Source of the DNA: Tubulanus polymorphus
Taxonomy: Eukaryota; Animalia; Nemertea
NCBI RefSeq assembly: GCF_964204645.1
Contig: NC_134028.1
Coordinates: forward strand, 26,904,345 to 26,968,344
Length of the DNA stretch: 64,000 bases
Direction: 5' to 3'
Shown here in pieces: positions 50,833 through 62,802 of this stretch; position 1 is the stretch's first letter, and every line of letters starts with the position of its first letter. The notes beneath the pieces are model-generated. The model worked only from the letters and a program-made list of their open reading frames with translations, ran no database searches and was not told the origin of the DNA. The translations under genes and the position numbers were made by a program.

Positions 50833-53800
50833 CGTTAAACAGATTCTGGACGTGGCTTGTCGTGATCTCTGGACAGCTGGATAGATCTAGTTTAGAAACA
50901 AAAAACAATATACGATAAACGACATTCAATATACGACACGCAATACGTGATAATAACAACACATTTTTCAAGGTCGGTTAAAAGTTTGACTCAAGACGTA
51001 AAAGTAGTTCATTTCCAATGGCCTCAAATTTTTAGCTGAGAACAATTTCGTGCTTTTACTCTGAAACATGCGATAGTTTTGATTCAGTTTCTGTAAAGGA
51101 AAAGCTTCATAAAAAGTAAATCGTTGAATATGATCGAAAATTAATGGTTGACTTACCTTTTCTCGAGCATAAGAAACTGACGTGAACGAAAATACAGAAG
51201 CTGGTTTATGATAAGTGAGGATTGGCGGCCGGTTAGCCAGATCAAACGTCATCGGTTCGCTAATATCGAGCGGGAGAGGGGTAGTCAGTACGACATCCGC
51301 TAGGGGACGCCACGGATGGAATTCGGAATTCCATTCTAAACCGACGTTGAAGTAATCATCCGCGTGACCTTCACGGATCTGAATTTGAAGGTCGAGGTCG
51401 ATCGACCCGTCTGTTTCAAAGCGTTTGATGAGTTCGTTATTGAGGTAGCTTTCATCGCGGTTCTTGTGTTCATCGCGAACTTTACGATTCCTTCGAATTG
51501 AGATGAAAATATAGATATATGAGTCGTCATGATGCTATTGTATAACTGTCATGGGAAAGCCCAGCAAGATGTACCAAATCATAGGGGCGATAAATCTTAC
51601 AAAAATTACTTTGTATCCCCGACAAGATAATATCTAGGGGGGGGGGGGCAATGCTTGAAAGGTAGGGTGAGGATAGGCGGACCTGTCCCCCTCCCTCAGC
51701 AGGGATTCGATTCAGATACCATTGCTAGGCTCAGCCACGGCACGAAACCCGACCCGACTAACCCGAACCGGTTTTATGCTACAACAATTTGTGGATTCGT
51801 TGAAAATACTTTCTTCGAATTTTAAAGCTGAGCTTTGTTTGTTTAAAAGGTTAATACAACATGGACACCGTATTGAGGCCGGTTCACATCCACTACACAT
51901 ACATACCACGGTTCTCGTTGATCTTGCTCATCAGTGAGACCCGATTCAACATCGAGATCTTTCGGCACGAATCGGAATCTGACCGTTCTTGTCATTCCAT
52001 CATTAGCCTGGTAAGAGTAGGTTGTGTGACAGTGGTAGATCATCTTAGCGAATGAATCAGGAGCTCGTCTGTGACTGTCTACTATAGATCTATACCTTAA
52101 ACACACAACATCTATTCATATCAATATCTCTGACTGATATTGAGTATATCAACGCATTCTTCACAGATACGATTAACATTTTAAAGTCCATTTTCATCAC
52201 AGTAATGAAATAATTCATGTACGCGAGTAGTAGAAATACTGAACAGTTATTTGTGGATGCGAGAAAAGAAAAAGAGAACTGTAGATGACGCATTCTCGAG
52301 AAAAACAAAACTGAACTATTTAATAATCAGGCCACTCGAATGTGATTTAAAGAAGAGAGGTTACATTAGTGGAGTCTCCATTAAAATGTTTGTTTTGCGT
52401 CACACTGCCGAGTCTTTGTTTAAATGTGAACAAATCTAAAATAAAATCCTCTTTTTTCGCAAAAGATAGCTGGAACCCTAGCTCTGGCTCGGTCGAAAGC
52501 CGAGCTCACTCACAACCCTAACCCTAGGTGGCTCGTTTCCCTAACCCTAACCCTAGGTCACTCGTAACCCTAACCCTAGCAGGATTCGAACCCGCGAACT
52601 CCAGTATGCCAGCCGAGCATGCTAACCACTAGGCCACTGAGCTGTAGTGATTTGACCGGTTTGTAAATATGTCCAGTCCTTGTTGTGACCAGTCAAGTGT
52701 GGTCGACACTAAAGGTACCCCTCGTATAAAATAAACAATAAACGATGCATATGTAGTGATCGTCGCGTGTGAATAAACCGCGGAAGAGACGATTCCCATC
52801 TCAAAATCTAGACGAAAAGTATCGATGAGTTTTCCACTGATCTATGGCAGGGTTCGAACTTGATCGCATTGATTCGACTGGCTTGAATCTGTATATCAGT
52901 AACAGGATTGAGCGTCGAGTCGTTTAATCTAACATCGTATAAAGCCTATGAAACTAACGCGAACCTAGTTAACAATTCGCTTTTTCAAATGACCATTATA
53001 TTATCGATATTTGTATTCTTTTCAAAACACGATTTATGATTAAACGATTTAAGATTAATGAGATGCTATCCATATACGTTTCAGTATAAACACGGGTATG
53101 GATTATATCGTTAATTACGTATGCGCACCAGACAGACAGACAGACAGTGGTTTTATCTATTTTAGGTTCATGTGGCAAGCTGTCACCGTATATAATCAAG
53201 AGTAGATGGCGAACTATTTACGAGTCGAAATATAGAAATAAATATCTACATATAACAAATCTCTTTTTATTGTATAATCGATGAATTTTCTAACCGAGTT
53301 TGAACTGAAGTCGTTTACTGTGCGACTGACATTTTTGTTCACAATATTAACAAGTTACAGTTCTCTCTCCGTGGAATCTTATGAATCGGTCGTGTTCAGG
53401 TCATAATACGGAAATAGTCATATATTTTCAGTAGCAACGCATTAGAAATGTATGATTTTTACCTGAATGGATATGCAAGGCAATAGTTCTTCATTTCTTC
53501 TTCATTTTCGACCGGAAATGCATCGGCAAAATCACCGAACTCGCGCAGACAGATGAGTGAGTTAGTGGAACCAGTAGAACAGATCAGATCAAAAGAGCTG
53601 ACGTCATCACTGACACCATCAGTGAACCTGATCGTAAATCCGCGCGAGCATTTAACAGCATCGTGTTCAGGACTATCCGACGAGAAACGACCTCTTAATT
53701 GAAATATCTTACCCTATAAACATCAAACAATACAATATTCATTTACATTCATTATTCATCTTGATAAAAATGTCTAAAGGTTTCCTTTTACTGATCGAGA

Positions 53801-56800
53801 TGGCGGGAACCCGGGGGTTACTGATCGAGATGGCGGGAACCCGGGGGTTACTGATCGAGATGGCGGGAACCCGGGGGTTACTGATCGAGATGGCGGGAAC
53901 CCGGGGGTTACTGATCGAGATGGCGGGAACCCGGGGGTTACTGATCGAGATGGCGGGAACCCGGGGGTTACTGATCGAGATGGCGGGAACCCGGGGGTTA
54001 CTGATCGAGATGGCGGGAACCCGGGGGTTACTGATCGAGATGGCGGGAACCCGGGGGTTACTGATCGAGATGGCGGGAACCCGGGGGTTACTGATCGAGA
54101 TGGCGGGAACCCGGGGGGTTACTGATCGAGATGGCGGGAACCCGGGGGTTACTGATCGAGATGGCGGGAACCCGGGGGTTACTGATCGAGATGGCGGGAA
54201 CCCGGGGGTTACTGATCGAGATGGCGGGAACCCGGGGGTTACTGATCGAGATGGCGGGAACCCGGGGGTTACTGATCGAGATGGCGGGAACCCCAGGGGT
54301 TACTGATCGAGATGGCGGGAACCCGGGGGTTACTGATCGAGATGGCGGGAACCCGGGGGTTACTGATCGAGATGGCGGGAACCGGGGGGTTACTGATCGA
54401 GATGGCGGGAACCCGGGGGTTACTGATCGAGATGGCGGGAACCCGGGGGTTACTGATCGAGATGGCGGGAACCCGGGGGTTACTGATCGAGATGGCGGGA
54501 ACCCGGGGGTTACTGATCGAGATGGCGGGAACCCGGGGGTTACTGATAGAGATGGTGATTTGAATGAAACAGATAAATTCGCGTATTCGGAATATGAAAG
54601 CCGGTGATTGTTAATATAACATTATACTATTTCCTTTATTGATAGATATCGATATTGTTTTGTAAAGACGGCGGTGACACGTGTTTATAAGCCGCAACAC
54701 GACCTCGATCAATTCTTGTCACTTTACATTTCTACAAGTGACAAGAAAAAAACGTATTTCTATAGTTTGATTTATTAAATCAATCACAATCAGAATTCAG
54801 AGAAATCTACACAAACATGACGTGAAAAATACGACACAAAATCACATTAAAATATTGAAATGGAATGGAATTTTTGCTAAAGTAGTTAATGCATTTCTGT
54901 CTAAACCCGATGCACTCGGCAAAACGGTTGTTTCATCAAAACACAAAACACGTTTTTTCATAAAACGTTTTGAGTAAAAGTTTTACTCGCAAACGATGAA
55001 AACGTTCAGCGCACGAGGCATAAAAACGATCTTTCTTTACCGTGTGCGTAAGGGCTAAACCACTGTCCTGTAGTGATGTCAGAATTGATTGACGAGTTAT
55101 AGGAAGCTACAAGTTTATTGCATACATTTACTCCGCTAAAATTGTGTTTAAAAGTGATGCTAGAATACTATTATGATATACATGTATTTTATATTTCCGT
55201 GCCTTGTTAGCTGTCACCCTGATTTGACTGAAGTCCAATGCATCAACTCCATAAACATAGGACTAGTTTTCTAAGCCTTAGCTCGAATATATAAATGAGC
55301 GCTCATCGAAACCTACCTCCGTGAAAAAATCGTCTTCAGGAAGTTCTGGATGTTTTCGAATCGTCACGAATCCAGAAACGCCGATTCCTGATCGATGAAC
55401 GGGTCGCCGACCCGAGGCAGCTATTGCCGAAAATGCGACCTTCCATTTATAGGATTCGAACCATAAATTCAAACCACTTCCGAAACCGGGTTTTTGAAAC
55501 TGAAATATTATCATAAATCAACGATAAAGGATCAAATTTGGACGCGAAGAAAAAATCGATGCACTTCAGTTTTGATGGGTAAAACGTGAAAGATGAATAT
55601 CGTATATTTGAGAGTTCCCTGTTTCTGAAGCATCCTACTTTACGTGCTTCGCTATTGTTTGCGTAAAACTAATTTCTACTCGACTAAACGCACAGAAAAT
55701 ATGTGACAACTATTTTTTAGATTGCGAAAAATATTCTAAAAAAAAAATCGATTTGTTCGCCGTTAAAAAGTACCATGTGTTACAATGATAAACAATAGTC
55801 GTCAGTTTGGGTTCGGTTTTTTTTAATATAGTATTTAATTAAGTGAAATGTATACGGAAATCATCATTAAAAACGAGCGAACTGTAGCTTTTTGTGAATT
55901 TCAACCGGTAGCTCGACTTAAGGACAATACTGAGGCGTTTCATGCAGAAGAAAGGTTTCCTCCTTGGAGCTCCAGTTAAAATAATGATTATTATCATACT
56001 ATAATCATTATTTATTATTATTACAGTTGTATCAAATAATCATGAATACACGATAGGAAGAACACAGCATAGACTCGGCCTATAGCAGTCCGTGTGTATT
56101 CGGTAAACCGTTGAAGGCGGTCGAATAATAAAAAAAGATTTTCTTCTGAAAAGCAAAGCATTTTATAATGTGTAAACAATCTGATTCTGCAGGTCTGGAC
56201 GCTGCCGCTATAAGTAGAGTGTCAACTGTATCAAAATGTTCTGATTCAATCGATTTCGAATAAACTCCTTAAAAAGCTCTTCGGTATGTACGTAAGTTTG
56301 CAAGCATTTGGCTGAACAAACAACCTGTCGTTATTTCTATCATAAAGTCTAAACAAAACCCTATATACTATGTATATATATATGCACGTAACAGTAGGTT
56401 TTTGTTCAATCCTGGAAAGAGATGCGAAAAAATCGATCGAATTATTTTGGTAGATTTAATCCGATCAAAATGACCTTTTGAATAATTGCGTTTTCGCTAT
56501 TGCGGATACTCGGGTCATGAACTTTATCATTATGACTAATGGAAGTCGTTCTGTCAAATGAATCCCAGTTGATTCAAAATAAACGAGTTGATTGTTAATT
56601 GTAACTCATATATTGGGAAGTGTACCCGAGTGTATCCCCGAACAACAAGACTCTCTCCAAAATAAATCAAAGCTAGGGAAAACATGGAAACACGGAATGA
56701 AACATATTTGACTTGGAAACAAATCCCAAAACCATTTTTTCTAATAAACGCCCACGATACGGAGAAATTCTCGGAAACATGTTTCTGTTTCTTCCTGTTT

Positions 56801-56970
56801 CCCTACGTCATGTGTGTTTGACATGTTTCCGTGTTTCGTGTGCGTTTGACATAAACTCGTACCTTAAACTGTGTTTCAGATTTCAGTTTGAAATCCTCGT
56901 CGCCATTGATTTCTCTATAAAACTCGTCAGCTCTGTTGATCCACGACGAATCGCTGCCATTCGATGACAT
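46388..56970 (-). CDS. Catalase-related allene oxide synthase-lipoxygenase fusion protein (AOS-LOX type), 13 exons, ~1052 aa
   Basis: Exons in transcript order, all GT-AG and phase-consistent: 56970-56863, 55499-55317, 53713-53463, 52095-51907, 51490-51157, 50886-50733, 50420-50338, 49855-49678, 49429-48948, 48511-48061, 47610-47304, 46901-46643, 46567-46388 (3159 nt). The N-terminal domain resembles coral cAOS: WINRADEF, GRRPVHRSGIG, RRAPDSF, ESGLTDEQ, LQIQIRE, WNSEFHPW, AREKIYPAVQRSR. PLAT domain: VKTADMGSAGTD...FPCYSW. LOX domain: WTLAK, HQMYYHLSRTH, INTIGR, QHAAVNF, C-terminal PSSIAI. Confidence 0.95.
50833..56970 (-). CDS. Catalase-like heme domain (cAOS/cHPL-type) of the fusion, exons 1-6
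   Basis: Distal His in RRPVH (codon 55397-55395). Proximal R-x-x-x-Y (REK|IY) spans the 51157/50886 junction. Collinear with the recalled Plexaura cAOS sequence. The domain boundary is approximate. Confidence 0.9.
52471..52711 (-). mobile_element. Same tRNA-like/TTAGGG repeat (copy 2), in AOS-LOX intron 3
   Basis: Reverse complement: tagtgtcgaccacacttgactggtcac...cagtggcctagtggttagcatgctcggctggcat...gggttcgaatcctgctagggttagggttacg... Confidence 0.75.
53787..54555 (+). repeat. 30-bp GC-rich minisatellite (TTACTGATCGAGATGGCGGGAACCCGGGGG), ~25 copies, in AOS-LOX intron 2
   Basis: Near-identical units with a few single-base indels or substitutions. Confidence 0.97.
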
Positions 56971-59150
56971 TGCGTGTTATTGATATAGCAGTATCCAGTA
57001 ATTCGTCGGCAACTGTTGAACTCTGTAGCGTGTGTGGTGCGTAGATGGTTTAACTTGATTCTACAGCGCGGGAACCAAGGTTTTCCTCGTCACAGCTGCG
57101 TCGATATCTGTTCGCAGAAAATGTTATATTCCTAACATTATTTGCATTTTCCATACATCTTTATTGCATAGTTTTCAATGGCGTAATTAAACGGTAATCA
57201 TGTATATGTAAACATGTTTATGATTTATATCAACTATTGATATTTTATTTTGAATTCGTAAAAGAATTACACCTATACTTAGAAATATGCATTACACGTT
57301 AATTCATTAATGATATCACAAAATATACTAAGAATTATATTCGATGTGTTTTAAAATGAAGTTTTGAAATACGAATGATATAAATATATAACGTTAACAT
57401 GCTACATAATGTAGGTCATGATTTTGCAGCAGATAATACGTGGTCACAATACATTGTAAAAAAACAATTCGTAGGATTCCGTAGCTGACGTCACAACTCC
57501 AAAAAGAAAAAGTAGTTTCAGAGCGAGTGTGCGCCTGAGTGTATTTCAGAACGAGTGTGCGCCTGAGTGCATTGCAGAACGAGTGTGCGCCTAAGTGTAT
57601 ATCGAGTATCGTTTAAGTGCTGTTTGTATCTGCGAAAGGAATTGGTGAATTTATTTTTTGAAATATCTAATCGTTGTATTGAAGTGTCATTAGCTCCAGC
57701 TGTTGTTTGTTCACCGCTTTAAGAATAACCACAACCAAACATTGTTTTTAATTAAGCAGTATTATTGATTGAAGGGTTCTACAAGTGTTTATTTGGACGA
57801 GATATCAATCTCAATACATTTCCATACATATTTTAGGTTTATCGATTTGCTGAACAACGATGGAAGTTGATTTGGACGATTGGTCAAACTACGCCGACTC
57901 GTTTCTGGCACAGGCTATGAATGAGGTTTGGAGGCTGTTTGAATCATCGGATGATTCCTCTTAAGAATCCATGGTCAATACATGGTTGCGCAGAGTATAG
58001 ACAAACACGTAGTGTACCAAATCACCTCTAAGAACGGAGGTCTGACAGCAAACAAACCTCTTCACACGTTAACATTGTTTTTTTTGCAGTAATCGGCAAA
58101 TCTATTATATAAAAGTATGATCTTTCTTTTTTTCTATGAAATAGGAAAATTCATGTCCCAATAATCGTTTTACTTCGATTGAAGAGTTTTTTCTTTACTT
58201 AGAATGTTAGACCGACCCTAACCCACACGTTTCCGTAATGTTGGAACGTCGCGAGAGAAGATATCGTGTTTCACATGAGACTCCTTATAAAGCTGATTTC
58301 CGGTTCATAAAGTCCCTCAGTATTTACCTGAATATGTCAGTAGTTATACCGCGGGATTAAAATGCTTCAGCTGTCAGTCAGAACTGACAGGGTAATGATT
58401 AAAAAACTTATCGAGTAAATTGATGAATTTCAAAGACCCAGGGTTTACTCTGTCCACAGATCCCATTAAACTACCTACTGTTTGTAAGTTGTCTAAAACA
58501 AAATACTTAATGATTTCAAATGGAGCTATCTATAAACTTACCTCCGGGTAGGTTATAGTTTGATGTTAGTCGGTGTTGTCGGTGATGATGTGACATGTAA
58601 CGACTGCGCGCGTGTTTTACGCACAACTGAATTCGTTTAAGTAGCATAAACACACAGATGTATCCGATTAAATCAATGAACACCGATTATCGACCTAAAA
58701 ATCTCGGCAATATTCACAGCTGCGGTAGGAGGATAGGATTATATCAAGAGAGGAAAGAGAAAGGCCCGATATTTGCCGAGCCGCAGCTTGAGCGTTTTTT
58801 TGACGAAATCCTCGCGTTTGAAAAATTTAAAACTAGTTTTCTTACACGATGTCCAAGTTTTCTTATTATTGCGAGAACTGTTACAGTGACGGCGGTCTGT
58901 CAACAACGTGACTCACTGGAAATCGTAGGAGGGCGTTATCTTGTTGTATCTTCGAGTTGAGATCGTTGTTCGTAGGTTGTTTATCTTTGAACAGGTCGAT
59001 TTGGCCTCCGTATAGGCGGAGTCCAGCCAGCCTTGGGAGAATAATCTCTCCGGCAAATATATCTACCCCCGGTAGAAATCCTACAAAGTAAAATGTCCCC
59101 GGTAAATATCCCCCGTGAATTGTGCCATACTAAGACACAATATAAGCCAT

Positions 59151-59520
59151 CCTCCCCCGGCAGGGATTCGAACCTGATGGCATCGAGACTCGCCACGGTA
59201 CGAAACCCTGCTACACTAGACCGAGTGCGCAGATACATGAGCAGCTTAGATGATGTCATTATTGACCAATCAAATATCCTGGTGTTTTCTATTCATATTT
59301 TATCGGTAAAATCTGTCTCAGCGATTACACAACTAGCAATTGATTGGTGTCGCACGAAAACCTTGCTTGCCAGGGGTCCGGTATTGCTCCCCTAACACGC
59401 TTGCACCAGCCCCCTGGCCTCACGACGCGTGATTTATTAACTGGCGCATTTGCGCATGACATCATAATATTAACTTGCGGTGGGTTTCGTGCCATTAGGT
59501 TTGAATCCTTGTGGGGGAGG
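59151..59520. mobile_element. MITE family B, full copy with ~30-bp imperfect TIRs
   Basis: Left end cctcccccggcagggattcgaacctgatggca; reverse complement of right end cctccccacaaggattcaaacctaatggca. Confidence 0.75.
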
Positions 59521-60240
59521 GTTGATTATAGGTTAATACCACTGGAAGACCAAAGACCCATTAAAAGAAAACGAACTATTTATGATAAATATAGAGATAT
59601 ACATTTTATTTACATAATGTTTCCATAAAACCATGAAAGACGTGGAGGATTTATTCATTTTTACGCAATAATTGACTGACTAAATCACAGTAAATGCTCT
59701 CGTGCCCAATAAGGCTAAAAATAATTGATACCTTGTTTCTCTCTTCTGGTGAGCTTGTAAAATGACCCGGTCGGCCGCCTAATGTACCCTGTGCGTCACC
59801 ATGTGAAGCACTGCATTACTTTTTTATAATCAAGATCAAGTTAACGTGAATAGACCCGACAGCTGAAGATCTAAACTGATTACAAATTTAATTGCAATTT
59901 ACAGAAGTGACGCGACCGATTAGGAGAAACAAGGTCTCATTTGTTAGCCTAAAACCTGCCTGGAGTTAGCAGCAGCCCACTGGATATGAGCTGTTAATAC
60001 CAGCCTAGAATATTAGTTACCAGCCTAAGATATCGGCGACCAGTCCAGGATATCGGCTACGAGTCCAGGATATCGGTGACCAGTCCAGGATATCGGCGAC
60101 CAGTCCAGGATGTCAATACCCGTGACACAGAAATAAATCTCGCCACTTACAACTAAATCTAGTACGAAATACGACTATGAGCATTTGAAGATTATGATGT
60201 AGTCACGTAGATGACGTCACAAACGATGTCACGTTGTAAC

Positions 60241-62802
60241 TCATTGTAATTTGTTCGAAGAAACGTCAAGTTGAAGACGATTGTAACTGTCTTTATAGAA
60301 TATCATGATACATATAGCCAATATCAGACTGACAGGTATGGACCAGGTTAACCAATGTACACCTACAATAAATAATATACATGAAGAAACTTATAGAGTA
60401 ACTTAAGATATGCGTCATTACTTTATTTGCATTGCAGTGAAATGGCAACCTAGTAGGATCCAGTTCTCTAGGTGGAAACAGAGGAAATGAACTGAATAAA
60501 CTAAGAACTGGTGGAACTCGGATTTCTTCTAACGTTACCAGTTTCATAGTTCCAATCTCAACACGCTGTGGAACTTGTTCAACAAGAACATTAGTGTCTG
60601 ATGTACCACAGTGGGTTACACTAGGATCGTAGAGCAAAGGAGATCACTGTGGATACAACCACTGCCAGGACTTAACTGGGTGAATGGAACTTGGTGCAGC
60701 ATGTTTATCACTAATACCTTGATTATTATCGAACTTACCTATACTGGGTATCCATAATAGGAATAGTATTATCGAAGCGAGGAAATTGACGAGCAGAACT
60801 AAAAGACCCGTAGCGACACTTTCAGCTACCGGATAAACGGTTTCACAGGTCATGTCTAGAAACAACGGGATACAACCGTTCTGTAAAGCTGTGCCCATAA
60901 TCACTGATATGAATAGTAAAACTGAAAAATATAGATTTGAATTAATTGCTTACATTCATGCGGGTATTAATCTGATATCCATCCGCACGCAGACACAAAC
61001 TGCAACCTAGACCCTGCACCCCTTCAGACATTAAATCTGTTGTCTAAACCTTGCAACCCTTTAGACTATATCCGCCGACAGTATCAAATATTACAGAATC
61101 TGATCGAAAACCGATCGTCTGTCTGGACCAAAGATGTCCTCACTTAATAAATCGTTGCTTTTTGTCATAGGTTAGACACGATCGACCGTCGCACGAACAC
61201 TCTGAGGTTAACAGATGGGAGATTGCAGTACCCTAAAACGATCACCAGTTATCCCAATGAACGATGATAATTAAACTCTAATTGAACACTTACCGACACT
61301 AGGTTCAACAACTGAAGACGCCATTAAAGCGTAATGAGTAAAGAATATAGACGCCGCACCGTAGACTGTTATAATCATTATCTTCATGTGTCCCAGAAAC
61401 CGATCACTAACTCTATAGCAAAAAAACATGATGAACGTTATTTTTAGATTTTCCCCGATCTCTACTGTGAGCGAGGTCTTACTTACAATCCAGCTATAAT
61501 TCCAAATACGCAACCGGCTTGTATTGCACCGAAGCCCAACCAACCCGCTTCAATCTATAAGAAAATAAGGTTGTAGAACGTGAATCTCGATAAAACTTAT
61601 CATCACAAAAATGAACGTTCCATCCACAGGAGGCCATCGGTATAATACTATATCCGCGAGATGTCGCACACGCCACATGCTTCCATCGTACCTGACTAAT
61701 CGCAAATGGTTCAAGAGTCAGCTCTAAAACGTTTCCCCAAGCCAGGTTTACCGCATTAGTAAATGCAAATGGTAATACCACCAACCACATGTTATAATTA
61801 CTGGAAAAAAATAATTAAAACGATTTGAATTGTAATTTCTCTAGAAATCTCTGAAGGCAAATCATTTGGTGGTGGTAATTATCCCAGGTAAAAGACTTTG
61901 AGGTGCTAAGTTTAGCCAATAATTACTTACGTTAATATATCTTTGACACCCTGAGTGAAGCTTTCGCGTTCCTTTGACGCTGAGACACTCGGAGGATGAG
62001 ACGGTTTCGACGGAAAGTGAAATAAAGTCATCATAAATATCACACAAGACAAAGAGAATGCTGAAACAGAAACACAAGTATTGCTAGTTCATTGACGTGT
62101 GGAAAAGTGGGCTTTGACGGGGAGAGATATCTCGCGACCGCAACCTACACGGAAATTTTGAGTGTTACAATTTGTGAAAGTGCTATTTCGTAATTTCTTC
62201 AGCACCGTGGAAAAGGCGACTTTTCAGATGAGTAGAAAATAATATATCACAGATCAGAGCCCAGTTCTCCACATCTGACCTCTGCGGGAAATCAAACCTG
62301 ATCGCATCGAGACAGCAACGGCCCTAAGCCCCAGTACGCAACTACATGCGCAGCTTATAGATGATATCGTAATTAGCCAATGAGAAATCCTGTTTTATTT
62401 TAGCCGGGGCAAATTGCCTCGAGCGATTATACAACATACAATCTGATTGGGGCCGCGAGTCTTCTTGCGGCAAACCTGCGCATATAACTGCGCACTCGGT
62501 CTATTGCGGTAGGGTTTCGTGCCGTGGCTGAGTGTAGCGATAACATCAGGTTCGAATTCCAGCCGAGAGAGGATGAATTCCACGAGTCAGGAAGTGATCA
62601 ACTACTGAATACTTACTGACATACATCAGATTCATGATACCATATTTCTGATCTTCATATATCGACGCGAATACTGAACAGAATGATAAAAGTGTGAAAC
62701 GAGTATTCATCAACAGCTTTTAAACGAAAAAGATCATCGTATGCGAAATGTTTCAGTTGAGACTTACCTTCCTTTTGACTCCCAGAAGAGATGTTCACAA
62801 GG
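60241..62802 (-). CDS. SLC49A4: SLC49A4/DIRC2-like MFS transporter, 3' part (5' exons not found in window)
   Basis: Exons 62802-62768 (tentative micro-exon), 62673-62617, 62060-61931 (FHFPSKPSHPPSVSAS), 61800-61692 (WGNVLELTLEPFAISQ), 61554-61487 (EAGWLGF), 61412-61294 (VSDRFLGHMK), 60921-60739 (NGCIPLFLDMTCETVYPVAE), 60362-60241 (WLTWSIP...YKDSYNRLQLDV). Phases are consistent and motifs match recalled SLC49A4 (FPPRPPLPPS, ETVYPVPE, ESYDRLYLDV). Confidence 0.88.
62280..62576. mobile_element. MITE family B copy in SLC49A4 intron
   Basis: aaacctgatcgcatcgagac ... gggtttcgtgccgtgg...catcaggttcgaattcc. Partial ends of the same family at ~1986-2033, ~51684-51760 and ~52846-52871. Confidence 0.7.

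Noticed and set aside
53761-54607. Long ORFs (MAGTRGLLIE / VTDRDGGNPG repeats)
   Set aside because: Translations of a 30-bp minisatellite inside an AOS-LOX intron, on the opposite strand.
57859-57963. Short + strand ORF MEVDLDDWSNYADSFLAQAMNEV after an acceptor-like site
   Set aside because: Only 34 codons and no identifiable domain; possibly a transposon relic, but unsupported.
60293-60637. 114-aa ORF as the SLC49A4 C-terminus
   Set aside because: The real last exon (60362-60241) is in another frame and matches the family; this ORF is mostly intronic.
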